A DNA stretch of 64,000 nucleotides. Origin: an uncultured Oscillospiraceae bacterium (GTDB lineage: Bacteria; Bacillota; Clostridia; Oscillospirales; Oscillospiraceae). Positions 46,990-57,399 of this stretch are shown here, piece after piece. The translations under genes and the position numbers were made by a program. The notes beneath the pieces were generated by a model. The model was not told where the DNA came from, searched no databases, and was given only the letters and a program-made list of their open reading frames with translations. The stretch's first letter is position 1. Each line of letters opens with the position of its first letter. Location: assembly GCA_910578505.1 (NCBI GenBank), contig CAJTPV010000013.1, positions 1,914-65,913 of the forward strand, read 5' to 3'.

Positions 46990-48290
46990 CAGACTGCCCG
47001 GAAAGGAGGCTCCCTATGGCTGCCGAACGAAGAAGACCGATGACCAAGCAGGAATACCGGCAGATGAAAAAAGCCAAGGAAAAGCTGCGCAGGCAGATGG
47101 AGCGGGAGGCCTGGGAGGCCGCCCGAGGACCCATGGATATGCCCTTTTTCCTGCTGGCCATGATCCTGCTGACCATCGGCATGATTATGCTGCTGTCCGC
47201 CAGCTTCCCCTCCGCCCAGGCCAGCAAGGACGCCAATTACAACCCCCTCTACTATTTCCAGCGGCAGGCCATGTGGGCCGGGCTGGGCCTCTTTGCCATG
47301 TTCTGGGTGTCCAAGATCAATTACCACCGCTTTGAGGGCATGGCGAAGCTGGGCATCTACATTTCCGTCATCCTGCTGGTTCTGGTGATTCTGCCGGGCC
47401 CCAAGGAAAACGGCAAGCTGCTGGGCATCAGCCACAACGGCGCTACCCGTTGGCTGGGCATCCCCGGCATGGGCACCATGCAGTTCCAGCCGTCGGAGGT
47501 GGCGAAGGTGGGGCTGATCGTCTTTTTCGCCCAGTCCATCTCCAAGAAGCGGGAAAAAATGAAGACGCTCCGGGAGGGCTTCCTGTACCATGTGGTCATT
47601 CTCATCCTGATGTGCCTGCTGACTGTGATCGAGCCCCATTTCTCCGGCGCGATTTTGATCTTCGGCATTGGCGCGGCCATGATGGTGGTGGGCGGCATCC
47701 ACTGGGGGTGGATCGCGGCGGGGATCACGGGCGTGCTGGGCGCGGGGTATCTGGTGCTGTTTACGGACCTGATGCAGAAGATCGGCTATAACGCCGCCCG
47801 CATCACCGTCTGGCGGGACCCCTTCGGCGGGGACCTGGAGTTCCAGCGGAGGTACGCCTGGCAGACCATCCAGAGCCTGATCACCATCGGCTCCGGCGGA
47901 CTGCTGGGAGTGGGCCTGGGCAAGAGCCGCCAGAAATTCATGTTCCTGCCGGAGGAGCACAACGACTTCATCTTTGCCGTGGTGGTGGAGGAGCTGGGCC
48001 TGGTGGGCGCGGCGCTGATTATGATTTTATTCGCCCTGCTGATCATCCGGGGCTTCTGGCTGGCCATCAACGCCAGGGACCGGTTCGGCAGCCTGCTGGT
48101 GGTGGGGGTGACGGTGCAGATCGCGCTGCAGGCCTTCCTGAACATGGCCGTGGTCACCAACCTGATCCCAAACACCGGCATTTCCCTGCCGTTTTTCAGC
48201 TACGGGGGCACGGCCCTTGCCATCCAGCTGGCGGAGGTGGGCATGGTGCTCTCCGTATCCCGGCAGATCCCCGCGCCAAAGGCAAAATAG
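46986..48290 (+). CDS. ftsW: SEDS-family peptidoglycan polymerase, FtsW/SpoVE type.
   Basis: SEDS core. The true start is possibly the MAAERRRP methionine at ~47016. Confidence 0.85.
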   Translation: MTDCPERRLPMAAERRRPMTKQEYRQMKKAKEKLRRQMEREAWEAARGPMDMPFFLLAMILLTIGMIMLLSASFPSAQASKDANYNPLYYFQRQAMWAGLGLFAMFWVSKINYHRFEGMAKLGIYISVILLVLVILPGPKENGKLLGISHNGATRWLGIPGMGTMQFQPSEVAKVGLIVFFAQSISKKREKMKTLREGFLYHVVILILMCLLTVIEPHFSGAILIFGIGAAMMVVGGIHWGWIAAGITGVLGAGYLVLFTDLMQKIGYNAARITVWRDPFGGDLEFQRRYAWQTIQSLITIGSGGLLGVGLGKSRQKFMFLPEEHNDFIFAVVVEELGLVGAALIMILFALLIIRGFWLAINARDRFGSLLVVGVTVQIALQAFLNMAVVTNLIPNTGISLPFFSYGGTALAIQLAEVGMVLSVSRQIPAPKAK

Positions 48291-48332
48291 CGGGCCTGTC
48301 CGGGCATGATATAGAAAGCGAGAAAGGGGCGT

Positions 48333-49472
48333 TTGCCCATGAGAGTGATTTTTACCTGCGGCGGCACCGCGGGACATGTGAACCCGGCGCTGGCCCTGGC
48401 GGGGCTGATCAAGGACCGGCGGCCCACCAGCGAGATATTGTTTGTGGGGGCCCACCGGGGCATTGAGCGGCAGCTGATCGAGGCGGCGGGCTGGAAATTC
48501 CGGGCGGTGGAGATCTCCAGCTTCCACCGCTCCCTCCGGCCCAGGGAGATCAGGCACAATCTGGTCTCCCTGCGCAGTCTGGTCCGCTCCCCCAAGGAGG
48601 CCCGCGGACTGCTGAAGATCTTTCCGGCGGACCTGGTGGTGGGCACCGGCGGCTACGCCAGCTACCCCATGATCCGGGCGGCGGCCAAGCAGGGCATCCC
48701 CACTGCCATCCATGAGTCCAACGCCATCCCCGGCCTGACCACCAAGCTGCTGGAGGACTGCGCGGACATCATTATGGTGGGCTTTGAGGAGTGCCGGAGG
48801 AACTACCGGTACACGGAGAAGGTGCTGGTCACCGGTACGCCGGTGCGGGGGGATTTCTTCCGGCTGTCCAAGCGGGACGCAAAAAGCAGACTGGGCATGG
48901 ACGACGGGCGGCCCTTGATCGTATCCTTCTGGGGCAGCCTGGGGGCGGAGGAGATGAACCGGCAGATGGCCCGGTTTATGGCCCTGGAGGCGGGCAAGCA
49001 GCCCTTCCACCACATCCACGGCGCCGGAACCGTGGGCTCCCTCCATATGAAGGAGTACCTGTCGGCGGCGGGGGTGGACCTGGCGAAGACGCCGTCTTTG
49101 GAGGTGCGGGAGTATATCCAGGACATGGGCACGGTCATGCGGGCGGCGGACCTGGTCATCTGCCGGGCCGGGGCCAGCACCATCAGCGAGCTGACCGCCC
49201 TGGGCCAGCCGGCCATTATCGTCCCCTCCCCCAACGTGGTCCACAACCACCAGGAGCGCAACGCGCGGGTCCTGGCCGACGCCGGGGGCGCGGTGATGAT
49301 CCTGGAGAAGGACAGCAGCGGCGACCAGCTCTATCAGACGGCCTGCTCCATCCTCCGGGACCAGAGCCGCCGGCGGCAGATGTCGGTGGCCATGGCGTCT
49401 CTGGGCAGCATCGACGCGGCGGAGAATATCTACAGCGCCATTATGGCCCTCCAGGGCCGCCGGAAGAAGTAG
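48333..49472 (+). CDS. murG: UDP-N-acetylglucosamine--N-acetylmuramyl-(pentapeptide) pyrophosphoryl-undecaprenol GlcNAc transferase.
   Basis: GGTAGHV N-terminal motif. Confidence 0.92.
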   Translation: MPMRVIFTCGGTAGHVNPALALAGLIKDRRPTSEILFVGAHRGIERQLIEAAGWKFRAVEISSFHRSLRPREIRHNLVSLRSLVRSPKEARGLLKIFPADLVVGTGGYASYPMIRAAAKQGIPTAIHESNAIPGLTTKLLEDCADIIMVGFEECRRNYRYTEKVLVTGTPVRGDFFRLSKRDAKSRLGMDDGRPLIVSFWGSLGAEEMNRQMARFMALEAGKQPFHHIHGAGTVGSLHMKEYLSAAGVDLAKTPSLEVREYIQDMGTVMRAADLVICRAGASTISELTALGQPAIIVPSPNVVHNHQERNARVLADAGGAVMILEKDSSGDQLYQTACSILRDQSRRRQMSVAMASLGSIDAAENIYSAIMALQGRRKK

Positions 49473-49535
49473 CAGTTTTTTCCTTTCCGCATACCATGGA
49501 TTAGCTTGAAAAAAATCCATGGGCGGAGGGATACT

Positions 49536-50789
49536 ATGAGTGAAATCATCATCCGGGGCGGCGGACCGCTGGAGGGCTCTGTGGAGGTCCAGGGCGCGAA
49601 GAACAGCGTATTGCCGATTCTGGCGGCCACCATCCTGCACCCGGGGCAGGTGGCGCTGCGGGGCTGCCCCCATCTGAGCGACGTGGACGCCAGCATCCGC
49701 ATCCTGCGGCACCTGGGCTGCCAGGCCCGGTGGGAGGGGGACGAGCTGCTGGTGGACAGCAGCGCCCTCAGCCGCTGGGACATCCCCGACCACCTGATGC
49801 GGGAGATGCGCTCCTCGGTGATCTTTCTGGGGGCCATTCTGGCCCGGATGGGCTGGGCGGAGATGAGCTACCCCGGCGGCTGCGAGCTGGGGCCCCGGCC
49901 TATCGACCTGCATCTGGCCGTTTTGCGGAAGCTGGGGGCGGATCTGCGGGAGGAGGGCGGACATCTGCGGTGCACGGCCCAGCACATGGAGGGCCGGGAG
50001 ATCGCCCTGAGCATCCCCAGCGTGGGGGCCACGGAGAACGCCATTTTAGCCGCCTGCGGCGCGGAGGGGGAGACCGTGCTGGTCAACGCCGCAAGGGAGC
50101 CGGAGATCTGCGATTTGCAGAACTTTTTACAGGCCATTGGCTGCCAGGTGCGGGGGGCGGGCAGCTCCACCATCTGCATCCAGGGCCGGCGGGAGACCCA
50201 TGATGCGGTACATACCGTGATGCCGGACCGGATCGTGGCGGCCACCTATCTGGCGGCTGTGGCGGCGGCGGGCGGCACGGTAGAGCTGCGCAATGTGGAC
50301 TACCGGCACCTGTCCACGGTGACTGCGGCCCTCCATGAGGCGGGGTGCAGGATCACCGGCGGCGAGGGGCGGATCGCGCTGCGCTCCGACGGGCGGCTGG
50401 GTTCCGCCGGGACCATCCGCACCGCGCCCTACCCCGGATTTCCTACCGACGCCCAGGCGATTCTGATGGCCGCGCTCCTGCGCAGCCAGGGGACCACGGT
50501 ATTTGTGGAGACGATTTTTGAGAGCCGGTACCGCCATGTGGATGAGCTGCGGCGCATGGGCGCGGAGATCAGTGTGGCGGACCGGGTGGCGGTGGTCACC
50601 GGCGTGCCCAGGCTCAGCGGGGCCAACGTGCAGTGTACGGACCTGCGGGGCGGGGCGGCGCTGCTGGTGGCGGGCCTTGCGGCGGAGGGCGTCACCAAGG
50701 TGGGCGGCGTGCGGCATATCCTGCGGGGATATGAGGACCCGGTACGGGACCTGGCGGCGCTGGGGGCAAAAATCGAATGGGAGTCCTAA
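49536..50789 (+). CDS. murA: UDP-N-acetylglucosamine 1-carboxyvinyltransferase.
   Basis: MSEIIIRGGGPLEGSVEVQGAKNSVLPIL. Confidence 0.92.
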   Translation: MSEIIIRGGGPLEGSVEVQGAKNSVLPILAATILHPGQVALRGCPHLSDVDASIRILRHLGCQARWEGDELLVDSSALSRWDIPDHLMREMRSSVIFLGAILARMGWAEMSYPGGCELGPRPIDLHLAVLRKLGADLREEGGHLRCTAQHMEGREIALSIPSVGATENAILAACGAEGETVLVNAAREPEICDLQNFLQAIGCQVRGAGSSTICIQGRRETHDAVHTVMPDRIVAATYLAAVAAAGGTVELRNVDYRHLSTVTAALHEAGCRITGGEGRIALRSDGRLGSAGTIRTAPYPGFPTDAQAILMAALLRSQGTTVFVETIFESRYRHVDELRRMGAEISVADRVAVVTGVPRLSGANVQCTDLRGGAALLVAGLAAEGVTKVGGVRHILRGYEDPVRDLAALGAKIEWES

Positions 50790-50808
50790 GACGGGAGGTA
50801 ATGCCGGT

Positions 50809-51276
50809 ATGCTGGAGTTGTATAAGCCCGCATTGGAGGATTTATGGTTCCGGGAAGAATTTATGAGCGATCCCGATACCATGTCCTACAACCATGCGCA
50901 GGGCGGAACGATCCCCTTCCCAAAAGAAAAATGGGAGGGCTGGTATCAGAAATGGGTGGTCCAGCACGAAAACAAGCGGTATTACCGATACCTGCTGAAT
51001 ACCCAAAACAATCAATGGGTAGGGGAGATCGCCTACTATCTTGATGACCGGAGAAATATCTATATGGCGGATATTATCATCTGTGCCAGGTACAGAGGCG
51101 CGGGCTGCGGGACGGAAGGGCTGAAGCTCCTGTGTGAGGCGGCCAGGAAACATCATGTGACTGCGCTTTATGATGATATCGCGATTGACAACCCGGCGGT
51201 TGGGCTGTTCTTGAACAACGGTTTTACAGTTGACTATCAGACAGATGATATCGTTATGGTAAAGCGGATATTATAG
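50809..51276 (+). CDS. GNAT-family N-acetyltransferase inserted in the dcw cluster.
   Basis: Acetyl-CoA binding RYRGAGCG region. Slightly lower GC than its neighbours. Confidence 0.65.
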   Translation: MLELYKPALEDLWFREEFMSDPDTMSYNHAQGGTIPFPKEKWEGWYQKWVVQHENKRYYRYLLNTQNNQWVGEIAYYLDDRRNIYMADIIICARYRGAGCGTEGLKLLCEAARKHHVTALYDDIAIDNPAVGLFLNNGFTVDYQTDDIVMVKRIL

Positions 51277-51330
51277 GGTTATTTACATCAATGCAATGTA
51301 ATCGGCGGAAAAAAGAGATGGGGTGAGGGT

Positions 51331-52107
51331 ATGGCAAAAAAGGGGCCGGCGAAAAAACGGAAACGCCGCCGCTGCAGAGGCGGATTGGCGCGGCTGCTGC
51401 GGCCATTGTCGGTGCTTCTGGCGGCGGTGGCCGTGGTGATCGCCCTCACCCTCTTTTTTAAGGTCGGCACCATCGAGGTCACCGGCAACAGCCGGTATTC
51501 GGCGGAGGAGATCGCCGCCGCCACCGGCGTGGAGATGGGCGACAACCTGATCCTGCTGGACCGGTACGGCATACAGCGGAAGCTGTTTGTGGACCTGCCC
51601 TATATTAAGGAGGCCCGCATCAATCCGAATCCGCCGTCCACCCTGTCGGTGGAGGTGGTGGAGACCACGGCGGTGGCCGCGCTGCCCGGCGCGGGGGCCT
51701 ACTGGCTCATCAGCCGGGACGGCAAGCTGCTGGAGGCGGTGGACGAGACGCAGGCCCAGGATTATCTCGGCATCGCGGGCCTGGAGGCGGACGCCCCCGC
51801 CGCCGGTCAGGAGCTGCGCCTGGCGGAGGACAGCCCCATTACGCTCTCCCGGCTCCAGGAGCTGCTGGCCGCCCTGGAGGAGCGGCAGATCCTGGCCCGG
51901 GCGGACAGTTTGGATATGACCAGCGACGATACGCTGGTGATCTACTATGACGGACGATTTCGGGTGGAGATGTACTACAGCGCGGACTTTGATTACAAGC
52001 TCCACTGTCTGGAGGAGACGGTGACGCTGCTCCAGCCCAATGAGACGGGAATCATCCGCATGACGATGAAGGATGAAGATGAAGTCCGTTTTATCTCTTC
52101 CGGATAA
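51331..52107 (+). CDS. ftsQ: Cell division protein FtsQ/DivIB.
   Basis: Basic N-terminus, single TM helix and POTRA domain. Positioned before ftsZ. Confidence 0.8.
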   Translation: MAKKGPAKKRKRRRCRGGLARLLRPLSVLLAAVAVVIALTLFFKVGTIEVTGNSRYSAEEIAAATGVEMGDNLILLDRYGIQRKLFVDLPYIKEARINPNPPSTLSVEVVETTAVAALPGAGAYWLISRDGKLLEAVDETQAQDYLGIAGLEADAPAAGQELRLAEDSPITLSRLQELLAALEERQILARADSLDMTSDDTLVIYYDGRFRVEMYYSADFDYKLHCLEETVTLLQPNETGIIRMTMKDEDEVRFISSG

Positions 52108-52177
52108 ATGGGAGCCGGTAATTTTAACCAATCTCCGCTTTGCGGCGGGATTTTTCAAAAAAACAGGGATTCAGCTA

Positions 52178-52206
52178 TTGACCTGACTGGAAAAAAAGCA
52201 TACAAT
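52178..52206 (+). promoter_or_regulatory. Promoter TTGACC-17-TACAAT upstream of ftsZ.
   Basis: Consensus spacing in the 184-bp ftsQ-ftsZ gap. Confidence 0.5.
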
Positions 52207-52291
52207 AAGAAATAAAAAAACTTGTCCCGCTTCCGGGAGAGGCTGACTCCCGTGGTACGGATGATATAAATTGTGGTAGGAGGTTCCCACT

Positions 52292-53416
<1,125 letters not shown>

Positions 53417-53484
53417 AAGGGTAAGAAGACGGCGGCTTTGACAGTATAGCGGCAAGATATACCGCACAATTCAGGAGGTGCAAT

Positions 53485-53751
53485 ATGGAGCAGGCTACGC
53501 TGCGTATCCGCATGGATGCGGACTTGAAACGGCAGTTTGACGATTTCTGCGAGGAGGTTGGGATGAATGCCTCTGTGGCGGTCAATCTTTTTGCCAAGGC
53601 GGTTGTGCGGGAGGGAAAGATCCCCTTTGAGATCGCTGCTGATCCTTTCTGGAGCGCCGCAAATCAGGCCGTGCTCAGCCGTTCTATCGCTCAATTGGAC
53701 GCTGGGATGGGAAAATGTCATGAGCTGATCGAAACCGAAGAGCATGTATAA
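53485..53751 (+). CDS. RelB/DinJ-family type II antitoxin.
   Basis: RHH-type N-terminus with a DinJ-like sequence. Overlaps the downstream toxin start by 8 nt. Confidence 0.75.
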   Translation: MEQATLRIRMDADLKRQFDDFCEEVGMNASVAVNLFAKAVVREGKIPFEIAADPFWSAANQAVLSRSIAQLDAGMGKCHELIETEEHV

Positions 53752-54007
53752 GGTGTGGTCAGATGAAGCTTGGGATGAATATCTGGAGTGGCAGGACAAG
53801 GATCCCGATCTGCTCAAGCGCATCAACAAATTGCTCCGGGATATAGAGCGCGATCCCTTTGGCGGAATTGGAAAGCCGGAGGCCCTGAAAAGAAACTTGC
53901 AGGGGTGGTGGAGCCGCCGTATAGATGGAAAAAACCGCATTGTCTATCGCGTCAGAAATAATATGCTGGAGATTGCCCAGTGCGGTTCCCATTATGGAAA
54001 AAAATGA
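53744..54007 (+). CDS. yoeB: YoeB/Txe-family type II toxin (ribosome-dependent mRNA interferase).
   Basis: MYKVWSDEAWDEYLEWQDKD...GWWSRRIDGKNRIVYRV...CGSHY matches YoeB closely. Confidence 0.85.
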   Translation: MYKVWSDEAWDEYLEWQDKDPDLLKRINKLLRDIERDPFGGIGKPEALKRNLQGWWSRRIDGKNRIVYRVRNNMLEIAQCGSHYGKK

Positions 54008-54034
54008 GCCCAGCCGACATTCATAAATTTTTGA

Positions 54035-54074
54035 CAAACACCACAGACTTTTGCCTGTGGTGTTTGCTTTTTTG
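54035..54074 (+). terminator. Strong intrinsic terminator after the TA pair.
   Basis: CAAACACCACAG-loop-CTGTGGTGTTTG followed by CTTTTTTG. A second hairpin GGAAGT...ACTTCC + TTTTTT lies at 54078-54102. Confidence 0.8.
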
Positions 54075-54217
54075 CCGGGAAGTGGGGGACTTCCGCTTTT
54101 TTCCATGTCAAAAGCGCCGTTTTTTACAAATCCGCGGCCTGTGTATTCCGCCGCGGACGGCACAAAGTAGTTTCGGCGCGAAGTCATTTCCGCGCCGAGG
54201 ACTACAGGTGGAAAGAG

Positions 54218-55255
54218 GTGAGAAAATGGATGCGGAAACAGGGAAAATGGAATTTCCTGGCTTTGAGTCTCAGCGGCGTTTTCTGCTTGTCCGCCCTGCT
54301 GGGCATGACGGAGACCGCCCGTGCCGCCGCGCTTGAGGCGGAGACCCTGGTCCCGGTGGGCCACACCATCGGCATTAAACTCTTTGCCGAGGGGGTGATT
54401 GTCATCGGGCTGGCAGAGGTGGAGTCGGAGAGCGGCGTGTCCACCCCCGGCGTGGACTGCGGACTCCAGGTGGGCGACGTGATCGAGGAGGCCAACGGCC
54501 AATGCGTGGAGAGCTCGGAGCAGTTTGCGCGGATGCTCCAGGACGGCGGCGCGGTGGCGCTGAGCGTGTCCAGGGACGGCCGCGACCTGACGCTGGACGC
54601 CCGGCCCGTCCTGGGCGGGGACGGCACCTACCGGCTGGGCGCATGGATTCGGGACAGCATGGCCGGGATTGGCACCATCACGTTTTATGACCCCTCTACG
54701 GGCGCCTTCGGCGCCCTGGGCCACGGCATTACCGACACCGACACGGGCCTGCTGATGCCCCTGGGAGACGGCTCTGTGATGGACGCCACGGTGAAGGCTG
54801 TGAAACCCGGCGGAGTCGGTGAACCGGGAGAGCTGCGGGGCAGCTTCAACCTGACGCGGGATGTGGGCGAGCTGTACGCCAACACGGACCGGGGGGTATT
54901 CGGCGTGATCGAGAGCCAGGACTTCACCCAGGCGGACCCGGTGCCTGTGGCGCGGTCCGGGGATGTGAAGACCGGCCCGGCGGTGATCCGTGCCAACGTC
55001 AGCGGCGACGGCGTGGAGGAGTTTTCCATCAGGATTGTGCGGGTGCTGGAGGGCGCGGACGTGCAGAACCTGCTGCTGGAGGTCACGGACCCGCAGCTCC
55101 TTCAGCTGACCGGCGGCATTGTGCAGGGGATGAGCGGCTGCCCTATCCTTCAGGACGGGAAGCTGGTGGGCGCGGTGACCCACGTGATGGTCAATGACCC
55201 GAAGAAAGGGTATGGGATCCTGATCGAAAACATGCTGGCGGAAGCGGGACGGTAG
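54218..55255 (+). CDS. spoIVB: SpoIVB peptidase (S55 family), a sporulation signalling protease.
   Basis: N-terminal TM helix, PDZ domain and S55 peptidase core. GTG start after a GGTGGA RBS. Confidence 0.85.
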   Translation: MRKWMRKQGKWNFLALSLSGVFCLSALLGMTETARAAALEAETLVPVGHTIGIKLFAEGVIVIGLAEVESESGVSTPGVDCGLQVGDVIEEANGQCVESSEQFARMLQDGGAVALSVSRDGRDLTLDARPVLGGDGTYRLGAWIRDSMAGIGTITFYDPSTGAFGALGHGITDTDTGLLMPLGDGSVMDATVKAVKPGGVGEPGELRGSFNLTRDVGELYANTDRGVFGVIESQDFTQADPVPVARSGDVKTGPAVIRANVSGDGVEEFSIRIVRVLEGADVQNLLLEVTDPQLLQLTGGIVQGMSGCPILQDGKLVGAVTHVMVNDPKKGYGILIENMLAEAGR

Positions 55256-55262
55256 CTGAAAT

Positions 55263-55298
55263 AAGAAGAGGGAGCGGCGCAGGCCGCTCCCTCTTCTT
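55263..55298 (+). terminator. Hairpin with a 16-bp stem after spoIVB (AAGAAGAGGGAGCGGC...GCCGCTCCCTCTTCTT), lacking a clear U-tract.
   Basis: Seen directly. Confidence 0.4.
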
Positions 55299-55487
55299 AT
55301 CCGGCGGCGCGGAGCAGGAAGCAGGCGGGAGAGCGCCGCCCGTGGATGGCCGTATTCGTTCGTCTCCGCCTGGTCCGCCCAGGAATGCCCGCCCCAGGAA
55401 TGCCCCAGGAATGCCGCCTCTATTTCGTTGACTTTGTACAGCAGGAATGGTAAAATGGTGGGCATGTATCGAAGAGAGGTGAAAAGA

Positions 55488-56618
55488 ATGCTGACATTTG
55501 CCATCCCCTGCCTGTTCGGGCTGGAGGGCCTGGTGGGCAGTGAGCTGCGGCGGCTGGAGCTGCGGGACGTACAGGTGGAAAACGGGCGGGCCCTGTGCCG
55601 GGGGACCGCCGCCGACCTGCCGCGGCTGAACATCCATCTGCGCTGCGGGGAGCGGGTGCTGCTCCAGCTGGGCTCCTTCCCCGCCAGGAGCTTTGAGGCG
55701 CTCTTCCAGGGCACGGCCGCCCTGCCCTGGGAGGACTTTATTCCGGCGGACGGCCAGTTTCCGGTGAAGGGCCACGCCCTGGACTCCCAGCTCCACTCCG
55801 TGCCGGACTGCCAGAAAATCATTAAAAAGGCGGCGGCGAAGCGGTTGGGAGAACGGTACGGCCTGGAGAAACTGCCGGAGACCGGGGCAAAGCATCAGAT
55901 ACAGTTCGCGATCATGCGGGACCAGTGCTTTCTCTATCTGGACACCTCCGGTCCCGGACTCCATAAGCGGGGGTACCGCGCCGTCGGCGTGGCGGCTCCC
56001 CTGCGGGAGACGCTGGCGGCGGCGATGGTGCAGCTGAGCCGGTACCGGGGCCGGGACCCCTTCCGGGACCCCTTCTGCGGCTCCGGCACCATTGCCATTG
56101 AGGCGGCGCTGATTGCCAAAAACCGTGCGCCGGGCCTGGACCGCTCCTTTGACGCCCAGAAGTGGAAGTGGCTGGACAGCCGCTTCTGGCTGGAGGCCGC
56201 CAGCGAGGCCATGGACGGGGAATTCCACGGCAGCTATGACATCTGGGGTGGCGACATCGACCCCAGAGCCGTCAAAATCGCCCGGGAAAACGCGGTGAAA
56301 GCCGGCGTGGACGATGTGGTGCGCTTCGACATTGCGGACGCCGCCGCCCTGCGCTGCGCGGGGGAGTATGGACAGATCGTCACCAACCCGCCCTATGGGG
56401 AGCGCCTGCTGGAGCGGCAGGAGGCGGAGGCGCTGTACAAAATGTTCGGCGGGGTCTACCGGTCTGTTCCGCCTAAGTGGCGGGTGCTGGTCCTGACCAG
56501 CCATCCGGATTTTGAAAAAATTTTTGGCCGGAGGGCGGATAAGAAACGAAAATTATACAACGGCATGATAAAATGCGACCTATACCAGTTCAGCCGGGCG
56601 CCGTCCGGCAGCAAGTGA
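55488..56618 (+). CDS. THUMP-domain class I SAM-dependent RNA methyltransferase (RlmL/K N-terminal type).
   Basis: THUMP domain followed by the N6-MTase fold with NPPYG. Confidence 0.75.
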   Translation: MLTFAIPCLFGLEGLVGSELRRLELRDVQVENGRALCRGTAADLPRLNIHLRCGERVLLQLGSFPARSFEALFQGTAALPWEDFIPADGQFPVKGHALDSQLHSVPDCQKIIKKAAAKRLGERYGLEKLPETGAKHQIQFAIMRDQCFLYLDTSGPGLHKRGYRAVGVAAPLRETLAAAMVQLSRYRGRDPFRDPFCGSGTIAIEAALIAKNRAPGLDRSFDAQKWKWLDSRFWLEAASEAMDGEFHGSYDIWGGDIDPRAVKIARENAVKAGVDDVVRFDIADAAALRCAGEYGQIVTNPPYGERLLERQEAEALYKMFGGVYRSVPPKWRVLVLTSHPDFEKIFGRRADKKRKLYNGMIKCDLYQFSRAPSGSK

Positions 56619-56631
56619 AAAAAGTGAAGGA

Positions 56632-57399
56632 GTGCTTATGAAGGAACAGGAGCTGCTGAACCTGCTGGAGCGCGTCCGCTGCGGCGGCGTGTCCCCGGAG
56701 GAGGCGGCAAAGCAGATCGACCGCCCCGCCTTTGAGGATTTGGGCTACGCGCGGGTGGACCACCAGCGCGCCCGGCGGCAGGGCGCGGCGGAGGTGATTT
56801 TCGGCCAGGGGAAGACGGCGGAACAGATCGAGGGGATCGTCCGGTGCATGATGGACCGGGGTGCGTCCAACATCCTCATCACCCGCCTCTCGGCGGAAAA
56901 GGAGGCGGCGCTGCGGGGAAAATTCCCGTACCGCTACAGCCAAGCCGCCCGCCTGGCCACCGCCAACCCGGCGGAGCAGCCGCTGGCAGGCTCCGTGGCC
57001 GTGGTCTCGGCGGGGACCAGCGACCTGGCGGTATGCGAGGAGGCCGCGCTGACGGCGGAGGCCCTGGGCAGCCGGGTCCAGCGGGTCTATGACGCCGGCG
57101 TGGCCGGGCTGCACCGCCTGCTGGCAGAGCTGGACACCCTGAACCGCGCCCGGTGCATCGTGGCGGTGGCCGGGATGGAGGGGGCTCTGCCCAGCGTGGT
57201 GGGCGGGCTGGTCAGCTGCCCGGTGATCGCCGTCCCCACCAGCGTGGGATATGGGGCCAACCTGGGGGGGCTGGCCGCGCTGCTGGCTATGCTGAACTCC
57301 TGCGCCAGCGGGGTCAGCGTGGTCAATATCGACAACGGCTTTGGCGCGGGATTCCTGGCCAACCGGATCAATCGGATGAAGGGAGTGGAGGAAGAATGA
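56632..57399 (+). CDS. larB: Nickel-pincer cofactor biosynthesis protein LarB (PurE-like carboxylase/hydrolase).
   Basis: PurE-like fold with the LarB-specific N-terminal region. Confidence 0.75.
   Translation: MLMKEQELLNLLERVRCGGVSPEEAAKQIDRPAFEDLGYARVDHQRARRQGAAEVIFGQGKTAEQIEGIVRCMMDRGASNILITRLSAEKEAALRGKFPYRYSQAARLATANPAEQPLAGSVAVVSAGTSDLAVCEEAALTAEALGSRVQRVYDAGVAGLHRLLAELDTLNRARCIVAVAGMEGALPSVVGGLVSCPVIAVPTSVGYGANLGGLAALLAMLNSCASGVSVVNIDNGFGAGFLANRINRMKGVEEE

Noticed and set aside
53417-53484. Promoter for the relB-yoeB pair in the ftsZ-relB gap (TTGACA present).
   Set aside because: No acceptable -10 at 16-18 nt spacing. The pair may be read through from ftsZ or use a weak promoter. 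It is not called.
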